Shown here: in pieces, positions 8,544 through 17,004 of the stretch
How positions within the stretch are numbered: position 1 is the stretch's first letter
Layout: the number at the start of each line of letters is the position of its first letter
Source of the DNA: a virus
Lineage: Duplodnaviria > Caudoviricetes
Length of the DNA: 36,764 bases
Direction: 5' to 3' (one strand)
Virus record (IMG/VR): IMGVR_UViG_3300032136_000011
Span: 1 to 36,764 of that record
The notes under the pieces: model-generated
What the model saw: the letters and a program-made list of their open reading frames with translations, nothing else
What the model was told of the DNA's origin: nothing
The model's database searches: none
Made by a program: the position numbers and the translations under genes

Positions 8544-8767
8544 ACTACCTGGGCGGCTTCTTCGGTCGCCCCTCCGTCTATTAGCTTCCAATTATCTCTA
8601 AGCCTATTGGCTAGCTGCTGCTTTCTGAGCATAATCTGATATTTATCGTATTTACTTTCTATCATTATAGAGATGCGAGTCTCGTTAATCAGTCTCTGGA
8701 GCTTCTTTAATCGCTCCTGCTCCAGATACGAAGGCCAATAGCTTCCCCCGAAGTATATTATCTTCAT
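8540..8767 (-). CDS. Hypothetical protein (start uncertain, probably shorter)
   Basis: Fills the gap downstream of 8685-9086 but overlaps it by 83 nt. Confidence 0.4.
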   Translation of the reverse strand: MKIIYFGGSYWPSYLEQERLKKLQRLINETRISIMIESKYDKYQIMLRKQQLANRLRDNWKLIDGGATEEAAQVV

Positions 8768-9086
8768 GTTTTAACATCCCTTTTATCCAGTCTCTCATAA
8801 ACTCGTAATTAGCGGAGGCGAAAGTCTCTACTAAAATCTCCTCCAGCTCATGAGGTACCATGCCAGAGAAAGCTACTCCGTTACGATACATAGCTGCGTG
8901 GCCTATTTCGTGAAAAAGATTCCTATAATACTGCTCTACTGTAGAGCGTTGGTTAATCCAGATACGGGAAGCGTATCTATCACAGTTACCTTCCAGAGCT
9001 TCTACCATTTCTGCTGGCATCTCTTTAGCGGGCCTCGTGGTTACTTTATACTTCTGCCCTAATACGTTAACTGATTTTACTTCCAT
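8685..9086 (-). CDS. Small zincin metallopeptidase-like protein (ImmA/IrrE-like)
   Basis: LFHEIGH (HExxH) plus a downstream EEILVE glutamate helix; GGAGGT RBS. Confidence 0.75.
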   Translation of the reverse strand: MEVKSVNVLGQKYKVTTRPAKEMPAEMVEALEGNCDRYASRIWINQRSTVEQYYRNLFHEIGHAAMYRNGVAFSGMVPHELEEILVETFASANYEFMRDWIKGMLKHEDNILRGKLLAFVSGAGAIKEAPETD

Positions 9087-9138
9087 GTAGCATCACCTCC
9101 CTTTAATACATTTTCGGATAGTGAGTCCAGATAATCAA

Positions 9139-9268
9139 AGGAGTAAAATGGTATTTTTATGTCTTCCTAAAAGTAGTAAATTAACGGATTAATCCCCAGA
9201 AAAGCAGTAATAGGGCTAAAAGTAGGGAAAAGCAGGAGTAAAATGATATTTTTATATCTCCCTAGAAG
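9139..9268 (+). repeat. 35-bp imperfect direct repeat, two copies (9139-9173 and 9234-9268), each containing an RBS and ATG
   Basis: AGGAGTAAAATGGTATTTTTATGTCTTCCTAAAAG vs AGGAGTAAAATGATATTTTTATATCTCCCTAGAAG, 31/35 identical. Confidence 0.85.
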
Positions 9269-9416
9269 GAGAGTTTTAGAAAATAGGTAATATAGCGGGT
9301 ATTAATACCCCTAAAGGGAGATAAATTACCTATTTATTTATCTGTACAGTATGTAAATCTTAGGTTAGTCTTCCATTATGCATCCAAGCTACAGCGAATT
9401 CATTAACCTATCTTTT

Positions 9417-9446
9417 AAAGCCACTACTCTAAGTAGTGGTTTTTTT
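9417..9446 (+). terminator. Rho-independent terminator
   Basis: GCCACTACT-CTA-AGTAGTGGT followed by a T-run. Confidence 0.7.
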
Positions 9447-9506
9447 ATCTTTAACGCATCTCACGGTTTGGTTTTTAGCAAAAAATCAAAAAAACAAAAA
9501 GCTATC

Positions 9507-9597
9507 ACTACTTTAAGTAGTAGTATCTAGAGAGTTAGTAGATTACATAGTACTATGTATCTTAGTATAGAATCACCTAATATACGCAGCTTAGGTG
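9507..9597. other. Palindrome cluster; candidate replication origin or control region
   Basis: ACTACT-TTA-AGTAGT (9507-9521), perfect 16-bp palindrome TACATAGTACTATGTA (9544-9559), CACCTAA-N10-TTAGGTG (9574-9597); AT-rich; upstream of the helicase gene. Confidence 0.5.
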
Positions 9598-9612
9598 CGT
9601 TATAATTTCTCC

Positions 9613-9641
9613 TTTACTTATTAGCTCGGACTCTGTAAATT
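9613..9641 (+). promoter_or_regulatory. Sigma70-like promoter for the replication arm
   Basis: TTTACT, 17-nt spacer, TAAATT. Confidence 0.5.
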
Positions 9642-9737
9642 TTTCCAACTACGACTCTTCCGTCCTTTTCTCTGTTACCTGCGCAGGACTGGTCGGTATG
9701 GGTTAGAGATAGCTAATACAGATCAGAGAGAAAGGAA

Positions 9738-11270
9738 ATGGAGAGAAGCATGGGAGAGTCGTCGTCTAAAAATTTATCTAAATATCTATTAGAAAATTTC
9801 GAAGTTAAATTAAATAAAAAAGATAATATCGTAGTGGAAGATTTTACTTTAGCAGGTAATGGCCTGGCCACTCGGTTTTATAATCGCATTTTTAAAGGAA
9901 ATAGACAGGCTTTAGAGCTTATAGATAAAAAATGGCTTTATCTAGACGACGGGGAAATTAAAAAAGAGATAACCAGCGTCCTTCCTTCTACGCTAGAAGA
10001 GATAAAAGACTATTTTCGAGATATCGAATTTACTAAAGTAAAAGAAGAGCTGGGGTTAGAGATAACTAAAGAATTTTTGGCCCGCTTAATCCCTGTGGTC
10101 GATTTAGAGGACGTTAAAGGTACGTCCGTAATGATAGATAAATCTAACTATAGAGCTACTACTATCGAAGAAAAATCCTGGGAGAAGCTAGTAGGCGGAA
10201 AGCAGGTAACTATAACGAGGGAGCTGGGCTATAATGGCTTTTTCCACTATAACCCCAGATCATTAGAGCCATTTATTACGGTTAAAGCTAGCTTCGGGGA
10301 CGTAAAGAAATTTAATAAATACTCTCCTCCAGAAGCTAAGATAAATAGAGACGTAGAAGCTAAGTTAGACCCCCTTTTTATCGAGTACATGGAAGGCTTT
10401 TTTAAAGATAGCTGTAAAAGTTATGCGTATAACTGGCTCTATTACTCATTTTTCCAGAAAATGCCTACCTATATGGTACTCGTAGGAGTAGGCGGGATAG
10501 GTAAAAACCTAATAGCGGAGGCTTTAAAGACTCTCCATGGAAGTGATAACTTTAAAAAGGCCCCTCCTTCCGCCCTTAGCTCTAAATTTAATGGACATTT
10601 AGAAAATTGTACTATGCTTTTTTACGACGAGGCTAAATTTAGCTTAGGAGCAGATAAAGGCCATGCTAAAAATAGGCTAAAAGAGTGGGCCAATGATTAT
10701 GTACCTATTGAAAATAAAGGGCGAGATGCTAAGGGAGTAGATATTTTCTGCAGCTCGATTATCGCTACTAATAACGATAGCGACGTACATTTAGAGCAGC
10801 TCGATAGGAAATTTTCCGTAATGGAGCTATCAGAAGAAAGGTTAGAAAAGCGTATCGGGGTAGAAAATACGAGAAAGCTCTGGGAGATTATAACGAGGCC
10901 AGATTTCCCCCATGGCTGGCTAAATTGGTTAGAGACTAAAATAGACCCAGATTTTAACCCGCACGTAGAATACCGAGGCCCGAAATTTAAATCTCTCGTT
11001 ATCTCGTCGCTAACTACCTGGCAGACTGCTATCAGAGACGCTATTTTAACGGGCGAGCAGTCTAGAGTCTATCTAGCTTCTTTAAAAGAAGATATTTCCA
11101 CCATACCTACGTCGGTTAAAAAGATAGAAGACTTTCTAAATAACTACCTAGAAGACGGTAAATCTTTAGGAAAGCTAAAGATTGTCGAAGGTAAAAAATT
11201 TATAGAGATTAATGCGGATTTTCTAAAAGATGAGTATAAAGACCTTCCAGAAGGAGATGATTTAGTATGA
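9738..11270 (+). CDS. SF3/D5-like (DUF5906-type) replicative helicase with an unrecognised N-terminal domain
   Basis: Walker A GVGGIGKN, SKFNGHL, Walker B MLFYDE, IENKGRD, ATNN, DRKFSV. Confidence 0.85.
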   Translation: MERSMGESSSKNLSKYLLENFEVKLNKKDNIVVEDFTLAGNGLATRFYNRIFKGNRQALELIDKKWLYLDDGEIKKEITSVLPSTLEEIKDYFRDIEFTKVKEELGLEITKEFLARLIPVVDLEDVKGTSVMIDKSNYRATTIEEKSWEKLVGGKQVTITRELGYNGFFHYNPRSLEPFITVKASFGDVKKFNKYSPPEAKINRDVEAKLDPLFIEYMEGFFKDSCKSYAYNWLYYSFFQKMPTYMVLVGVGGIGKNLIAEALKTLHGSDNFKKAPPSALSSKFNGHLENCTMLFYDEAKFSLGADKGHAKNRLKEWANDYVPIENKGRDAKGVDIFCSSIIATNNDSDVHLEQLDRKFSVMELSEERLEKRIGVENTRKLWEIITRPDFPHGWLNWLETKIDPDFNPHVEYRGPKFKSLVISSLTTWQTAIRDAILTGEQSRVYLASLKEDISTIPTSVKKIEDFLNNYLEDGKSLGKLKIVEGKKFIEINADFLKDEYKDLPEGDDLV

Positions 11271-11446
11271 AGCATAACGAAGAAGCCTGCCTAGAGTGCG
11301 GGGAGAAGCTAAAATATACGGAGACTAGAGACTCGCTAATAGATAGCGGCTACTCTTCCCCAGAGTATTTTATTACAGATTATTACGAGTGTATTAGCTG
11401 CGAGACTATGCATAGAGATTATAACGACGAGTTAGAGCTTGCGTAG
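11267..11446 (+). CDS. 59-aa zinc-ribbon protein
   Basis: Hand-translated MKHNEEACLECGE...YYECISCETMH...; two CxxC motifs; ATGA overlap with the helicase stop. Confidence 0.75.
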   Translation: MKHNEEACLECGEKLKYTETRDSLIDSGYSSPEYFITDYYECISCETMHRDYNDELELA

Positions 11447-13466
11447 TGAATTAATCCCCCTAGATTTTGAATATTTTAACTCACACGAAAAAAATATGGA
11501 GTTAGTATGCTGCTCGCTAATCTATGAAGGGGAGCTGCGGGAGTATTGGCTACTTAATCCCGAAGAAAAGAAGCGATTAAAATCCGATTTATTAAAATTT
11601 AGAGAAGAAGGAAAAGCTCTAGTATGTTTTAACGCTACTGCGGAGGGTAGGGGTCTATTAACTTTAGGCTTAGACGTTAGAAAATTTAAATGGCTCGATA
11701 TCCAGGTAGAATATAAGATGCTTCTAAATCACTGGACTAAATTTCGCTATGGAAAGCAGTATATCGATGGGAAGTATAAAGTAACTTCTCCGCCTAGATA
11801 TAATAAAAAATATATGACTGAGGAAGATAAAAAGAAGTACGACTCTTCGCAGCCTAAGTCTAATCTATTGGCCTGTACTTATAAGATGCTAGGCTCTAAA
11901 GTGGACTCTGCTCATAAAGATAAAATGAGAGATTTAATTTTAACTGCTGATATCGATCTAATAGAAAATAATAAAAAGGCCATTTTAGACTACTGTAGCT
12001 CGGACGTAGAGGAGCTGCTAGATATCTGGGATAAAATAAAAGAAGCATATAGAGACTATTTTTCCCTGCCTGAGCGAAAAAAAGGCATGGTAAAAATGGA
12101 GGAAGTCTATTTTAGAGGTGATACTGTGGCCCGTACTGCTATTATGCAATGGACAGGGTATCCAGTTAACTTTAATAAGCTTAAAAATCTATCGCTAAAT
12201 GCTCCCATTATTATGCGGGAAATGATAGAGGACATTAACTCTCAATTCGACTGGCCTCTTTTTAGTCCTAATAAATCTAAAATCGGATATAAGCAAAATC
12301 AAAAAGAATGGAAAGAATTTATAGTTAACTCCGAGTATGCTTCGAAGTGGACGTTAACGGAGAAGGGGAGTATCTCTTTAAAGTTAGACGCTTTTACCTC
12401 AAAATTTAGCCACAGGCATGATTATCCGAAAGGAGACTTCTTCGCCCAGGCCATTAGATTTTTAAAAACTAGACAGGTATTAAATGGGCTAACCCCTTCT
12501 GCTAGTGCGGTAAAAAAGAAAGATACTATCTTCGATGCTATCGGCTCAGATAGTAGAGTACGCTATTTCCCGAATAGTTACGGTGGCCAGAGCAGCAGGT
12601 ATCAGCCTCCCGCAAAATCTTTCATATTTTTAAAGCCAGCCTGGATGAGGGGAGTCGTAGAGGCTCCGAAAGGAAGGGCGATAGTATCAATAGATTATAA
12701 ATCAGAAGAAGCATTAATCGGGGCATTAAATAGTAACGACCCCGCAGCTATACAGGCCTATAAATCGGGAGACGTATATCTAGATTTCGCTAAAAGAGCT
12801 AAGGCAGTACCAGAAGATGCGACTAAAGATAGCCATAAAGAAATGAGAGATTTATTTAAATCGACTTATTTAGGTATTTCCTATCTCATGGGAGCGGAAG
12901 CTCTAGGTAGGAAATTAACTAACGATACTGGGAAGCTAAAAACGAAAGAAGATGCGCAGGAGCTTATAGACGCTTTCTACGCAGCCTACCCACAGTATAA
13001 AGAATATCTCGATACTGTGGTCTATACTTATAATAAAAAAGGTTATCTAAAATCTAGCGACGGCTGGGTACTTTTCGGAGATAATCCTAATTTTCGCTCG
13101 GTATCTAACTGGAGTATCCAGACTCAGGGAAGCTGCATTTTACGACGGGCGATTTCTCTAGCTCAGGACGCTGGATTAACTGTAATATTCGGCCTCCACG
13201 ATGCGGTATACGTCGAATATGATGCAGGAGACTTTAAAACTATCGATACCTTAGCTAGGTGTATGGAGCAGGCATTTATAGACTTGTATCCTAATAACCC
13301 AGACGCTAAGCTAATTAGATTAGATATAGATAGCTGGAGTACCGACTACTCTCCAGGAAAAATAACTACTCCAGAAGGCAGGGAAGTAGAGTTAAAAGAT
13401 ATCTATATCGACCCTAGAGCTAAAAAAGAATATGAGCAGTTTAGTAAATATATGGAGGGTGAGTAA
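11439..13466 (+). CDS. polA: Family A DNA polymerase with a 3'-5' exonuclease domain
   Basis: Exo I LDFEY, Exo II FNATAE, Exo III YCSSDV; motif A SIDYKSEE, motif B RDLFKSTYLGISY, motif C LHDAV. Confidence 0.92.
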   Translation: MRSELIPLDFEYFNSHEKNMELVCCSLIYEGELREYWLLNPEEKKRLKSDLLKFREEGKALVCFNATAEGRGLLTLGLDVRKFKWLDIQVEYKMLLNHWTKFRYGKQYIDGKYKVTSPPRYNKKYMTEEDKKKYDSSQPKSNLLACTYKMLGSKVDSAHKDKMRDLILTADIDLIENNKKAILDYCSSDVEELLDIWDKIKEAYRDYFSLPERKKGMVKMEEVYFRGDTVARTAIMQWTGYPVNFNKLKNLSLNAPIIMREMIEDINSQFDWPLFSPNKSKIGYKQNQKEWKEFIVNSEYASKWTLTEKGSISLKLDAFTSKFSHRHDYPKGDFFAQAIRFLKTRQVLNGLTPSASAVKKKDTIFDAIGSDSRVRYFPNSYGGQSSRYQPPAKSFIFLKPAWMRGVVEAPKGRAIVSIDYKSEEALIGALNSNDPAAIQAYKSGDVYLDFAKRAKAVPEDATKDSHKEMRDLFKSTYLGISYLMGAEALGRKLTNDTGKLKTKEDAQELIDAFYAAYPQYKEYLDTVVYTYNKKGYLKSSDGWVLFGDNPNFRSVSNWSIQTQGSCILRRAISLAQDAGLTVIFGLHDAVYVEYDAGDFKTIDTLARCMEQAFIDLYPNNPDAKLIRLDIDSWSTDYSPGKITTPEGREVELKDIYIDPRAKKEYEQFSKYMEGE

Positions 13467-14401
13467 TGGGCATTAATGTATTATCCCTTTTCGACGGTAT
13501 GAGCTGCGGGCGGATAGCCTTAGAGCGGGCAGGTATCGAAGTAGATAGCTATTATGCTTCTGAGATAGACCCCCATGCTATGAAGATAGCTATAAAAAAC
13601 TATCCTAGTACTAAATTACTAGGATGCGTTAAAAATCTATCTGGGAGTATGTTTAGAGGTATAAATTTACTTCTAGGTGGAAGCCCGTGCCAAGGATTTT
13701 CTTTCGGTGGAAAGCAGTTAAATTTCGACGACCCTCGAAGTAAATTATTTTTTGAGTACGTTAGGATTTTAAAAGAAGTAAAGCCGAAGTATTTTCTACT
13801 GGAAAATGTACCTATGAAAAAAGAGTATTTAGACGTAATTACTAAAGAGCTAGGAGTAGAGCCTATAATGATAGACTCTGCGGATTTTGGGGCCATGCAT
13901 AGAAAGCGGTACTATTGGACTAATATACCAGTAGATACAGAGCGCACAGATACGGAGAAAAATCTAATAGATTACCTGGAAGATATCCCTTTAAGTAGGG
14001 CGGAATTAATTAAATCAGATTTTGCCGAGAAGATATTATCTTCGAAAATTTTAAGCGATAAAAATAGTGCATATTATTTATTTGAAAAATACCTACCTAT
14101 TAATTTTTCTAGCTCAGGTAGAACCTGGGGGGTAGAAAATCGCACTACTTTACTACCAGATAAAGCATTAACTTTAACGGCTTCAGGGTACTCCAGCCGC
14201 TCCTTTACTGGGGTTTGGTATCCTTCTGTAAATATCATGAGAAATTTAATTAGAAAATTAACGATAACAGAAATGGAGCGGCTGCAGACCGTACCCGACG
14301 GATATACCGAAGGAGTAACGGAGTCGCAGCGTAGAAAAATGCTAGGTAACGGCTGGACAGTGGACGTAATAGCTCATTTACTTAAAAATATGGAGAGATA
14401 A
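13466..14401 (+). CDS. DNA (cytosine-5)-methyltransferase
   Basis: Motif I LSLFDGMSCG, catalytic GGSPCQ, LENV, RKRYYW, ERLQTVPDGYT, LGNGW. Confidence 0.93.
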   Translation: MGINVLSLFDGMSCGRIALERAGIEVDSYYASEIDPHAMKIAIKNYPSTKLLGCVKNLSGSMFRGINLLLGGSPCQGFSFGGKQLNFDDPRSKLFFEYVRILKEVKPKYFLLENVPMKKEYLDVITKELGVEPIMIDSADFGAMHRKRYYWTNIPVDTERTDTEKNLIDYLEDIPLSRAELIKSDFAEKILSSKILSDKNSAYYLFEKYLPINFSSSGRTWGVENRTTLLPDKALTLTASGYSSRSFTGVWYPSVNIMRNLIRKLTITEMERLQTVPDGYTEGVTESQRRKMLGNGWTVDVIAHLLKNMER

Positions 14402-14727
14402 TGGAAATTAAAGATTTTAAAAAATTAGCAGCTTCCCAGGAGGAGAGTCTAAGATTTATCGCTAAAGAGACTGAGAAAATAGCGAGATATTTAAAAAAGA
14501 CTCCCTGGACGGAAGATAGATTAGACCAGGCGAAATCTAACGTAGTACAGGCCAGCTTTATGCTTAATAGCTACGCTATAGGTATTAGGGCCTTTAATAA
14601 AATGATAGCCGATAACGATAAAGACCCCGAAAATAATCGTAACTTAGTCGAATATTTTAAAGATGAGATAGATAAAATGTCCAAGTTAGAAGAAGAGCGT
14701 ATAAAGGCAGAAAATGAGCCTAGTTAG
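14401..14727 (+). CDS. Hypothetical helical protein
   Basis: 108-aa ORF translationally coupled to the methyltransferase. Confidence 0.7.
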   Translation: MEIKDFKKLAASQEESLRFIAKETEKIARYLKKTPWTEDRLDQAKSNVVQASFMLNSYAIGIRAFNKMIADNDKDPENNRNLVEYFKDEIDKMSKLEEERIKAENEPS

Positions 14728-14917
14728 CCTATTTTTTAGTACCTTAGCTTTTATCGTACTGGCAGCATATACCGCTTCTAGGACTTCCGACTACCAGCAG
14801 CGTATTTTTAATCTAGAAAATCGGCTCCATAGCTGCGAAGATAAAGTAGAAAATATAGACCGAAAAAATCACGTATTAGAGCATATACTGGGGGTAGAAG
14901 ATGCTAACGAAAATTAA
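14714..14917 (+). CDS. Small membrane-anchored coiled-coil protein
   Basis: N-terminal hydrophobic helix LVSLFFSTLAFIVLAAY followed by a heptad pattern. Confidence 0.65.
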   Translation: MSLVSLFFSTLAFIVLAAYTASRTSDYQQRIFNLENRLHSCEDKVENIDRKNHVLEHILGVEDANEN

Positions 14918-15497
14918 TATAGACGCTTCGAGGCTGGATACTAACGAGAGAAAAGAGAAAATCGAGCAGGTAGCAGTAGAAATGCACCAGATAGTTAACT
15001 CTCGTATCTTTCAGGATAAAGTACACACTATGAAAAAATGGGGCGAGACTTCTAAGTATAAAGATGCTTCTAACCAGCGTATCTATAAAATGATTATGGA
15101 CGGAGCGGAGACGCTAGACCCTATAGTCGATAACGAAATGGACATTTTTATCGACGACTATTTTAGCTGGAGACGAGTTATAGGTTATACGAAAAAGAAT
15201 ATTAAGACGATTTTCGTTAATACCCGCTACTTCGATAAAAGGGGTACTAAGTTAATCGGCTCTAATATCATGCATGAGTATGGACATAAATTAGGCTTCG
15301 GGCATGATTTCTATGCTACTGATAGAAGACCTTTTAGTATCTGTTATCAGTTAAATAATATCTATGAGGAGTGCTACGATAGACTCTTCGGTTATACATT
15401 ATCTAAAATAAAAGTCTGTTATCGTCCATGGTATTTTCTAGGGCTTCGTAAAAAATGCTACTGGAAAGAAATCGTCAATAGCCAGGAGCAGCGTTAG
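14901..15497 (+). CDS. Zincin metalloprotease-like protein
   Basis: HEYGHKLGFGH (HExxHxxGxxH); VIGYT and IFVNTRYF strands. Confidence 0.8.
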   Translation: MLTKINIDASRLDTNERKEKIEQVAVEMHQIVNSRIFQDKVHTMKKWGETSKYKDASNQRIYKMIMDGAETLDPIVDNEMDIFIDDYFSWRRVIGYTKKNIKTIFVNTRYFDKRGTKLIGSNIMHEYGHKLGFGHDFYATDRRPFSICYQLNNIYEECYDRLFGYTLSKIKVCYRPWYFLGLRKKCYWKEIVNSQEQR

Positions 15498-15580
15498 TGG
15501 AAGAGTTTTTAAAATGGCTATTTTTCTACGTAGCTGTAATCGCTATAATTATCGCATTTTTTAGAGGGGCGACTAAGTAA
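15497..15580 (+). CDS. 27-aa single-pass membrane peptide
   Basis: GTG start overlapping the previous TAG, AGGAG 8 nt upstream; MEEFLKWLFFYVAVIAIIIAFFRGATK. Confidence 0.6.
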   Translation: MEEFLKWLFFYVAVIAIIIAFFRGATK

Positions 15581-15612
15581 ATATTTACAGAGTAAATTTT
15601 ACTTAGTAGCTT
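15572..15612 (+). promoter_or_regulatory. Sigma70-like promoter embedded in a 16-bp-stem inverted repeat
   Basis: TTTACA (15584), 17-nt spacer, TAGCTT; ACTAAGTAAA-T-ATTTAC-AGA-GTAAAT-TTTACTTAGT. Confidence 0.55.
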
Positions 15613-15675
15613 AGCCTACCACGTATAAAGAGTAACGAAGCTCGCCTAATGCGAGTTAAATATAAAGGAGAAAAT

Positions 15676-16086
15676 ATGTCTATCGTAATGCAGGAAAGAC
15701 CTACGTACATTAAAAAGGGCGAGTTAAAGCCTAATACCATGGCCATCGAAGAGCTAAGGTATGTTAAATCAGCAGAAAATTTAAAGTCGAAGTATCCAGG
15801 TAGCCCAGGAAGTATTAATCATACTTTTAAAGACGACTCTGGCCAAAAATTCGTAATCTCAGGGGATACCGTTTTTAATCGTATGATAGAAGACGACGTA
15901 TACCCAGGTATGGCCGTTAGCTTCCTATATCTAGGTAAAGTAGATAACGAAGGTAACGAAGCTAATTACCATAACTGGCAGATAGGCTTCGACCCAGCAG
16001 AGCAGGAAAGATTAGCGAAAAATATCGTTATGAAAGCTGCCCCTACTCCAGCTAATACTAGCCCAGACTTAGACGATCTGGCTTAA
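15676..16086 (+). CDS. Probable single-stranded DNA-binding protein
   Basis: OB-fold-like beta pattern, acidic tail PDLDDLA, position before the nuclease; start moved to 15676 because of the AAGGAG RBS. Confidence 0.6.
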   Translation: MSIVMQERPTYIKKGELKPNTMAIEELRYVKSAENLKSKYPGSPGSINHTFKDDSGQKFVISGDTVFNRMIEDDVYPGMAVSFLYLGKVDNEGNEANYHNWQIGFDPAEQERLAKNIVMKAAPTPANTSPDLDDLA

Positions 16087-16088
16087 TC

Positions 16089-16991
16089 ATGGAAAATCAA
16101 TTAGAAATGAGTATCGAGGGAGCAGAAGCTCCCGTCGATACTAGATTATCCTACTCTTCGGCTAATTTATTACGTAACTGCGAGCAAAAATACGTCTATT
16201 ACAAGGTAGATAAAGTAGAAAAAGACGACGACTCTAACGTAGATAACTCGCATTTTAATTTAGGTACTTCCTTCCATTTAATTAATGAGATAGGGCTACA
16301 TAAAAAGCCTAAAAATGTAATGGCTTTATTGGAAAAATGCGTACAGGAGGAAGGGCTTCGAGAAGAAGACGTAGGGCTTCTCCATGCTATGTTACTTCAA
16401 TACTGGAGGCTTAGAGAAGGGGACGACTTCGAGACTGTGGCCTGTGAGTATAAAATAGAAGACGATAAAGTTATAGGCTACGTAGATTTAATCGAGAAGA
16501 GACCTAATGGGGACTGGGTTTTAAGTGATCTTAAGACTGCTGCGACGTTCTATAAAACTAAAATACCTGAGTTACCTAGAGATAGGCAGCTATGCCTTTA
16601 CTCTTCATACTATAAAGAAATAGCTAAAGAGTATAATTTAGACCCTGAGAAATTTATCGGCTGTAGGTACTTAGTTACTACTAAATCTAAAGCTAAACAG
16701 AAGAAGACTGAAAGCTATAAAGATTTTGTTATGAGATTAGTAGAATCTAAAAGCGTTAAATCTCATGATATCTTTATAAAGAAAGAGCTACTAGATTTAT
16801 GGGGAGCCAGAGAAGAGCATTTAGAGCTTTACGAAAAATCTATGAAGCTCAGACGGGGGGAGAAGCCCACTAGAAATTATACCTACTGTATGGCCTATTT
16901 TAGGCCCTGCGATTATTTCTCTCAATGTAGAGGAGAGACGTACTCCGAATACTTGGAAAATAATAAAATATTAGTTAGGTCTATCGAGTAA
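16089..16991 (+). CDS. PD-(D/E)xK (Cas4/RecB-like) exonuclease
   Basis: LSYSS..LRNC, GTSFH, GYVDLI, SDLKT, QLCLY and C-terminal C...C...C cluster ligands. Confidence 0.88.
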   Translation: MENQLEMSIEGAEAPVDTRLSYSSANLLRNCEQKYVYYKVDKVEKDDDSNVDNSHFNLGTSFHLINEIGLHKKPKNVMALLEKCVQEEGLREEDVGLLHAMLLQYWRLREGDDFETVACEYKIEDDKVIGYVDLIEKRPNGDWVLSDLKTAATFYKTKIPELPRDRQLCLYSSYYKEIAKEYNLDPEKFIGCRYLVTTKSKAKQKKTESYKDFVMRLVESKSVKSHDIFIKKELLDLWGAREEHLELYEKSMKLRRGEKPTRNYTYCMAYFRPCDYFSQCRGETYSEYLENNKILVRSIE

Positions 16992-17004
16992 TAAAGGAGG
17001 ACTA

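Noticed and set aside
9139-9268. Mini CRISPR array
   Set aside because: Only two copies, four mismatches, a 60-nt gap, no clear palindrome and no cas operon; the Cas4-like nuclease is a common phage recombination gene
9087-9737. tRNA or other known RNA gene in the long intergenic region
   Set aside because: No cloverleaf or TTCGA T-loop context seen; only unassigned hairpins
11439-13466. Modified-base (2-aminoadenine or deazaguanine) genome suggested by the odd polymerase
   Set aside because: No purZ, datZ, mazZ, que/dpd or other base-modification genes recognised apart from the C5-methyltransferase
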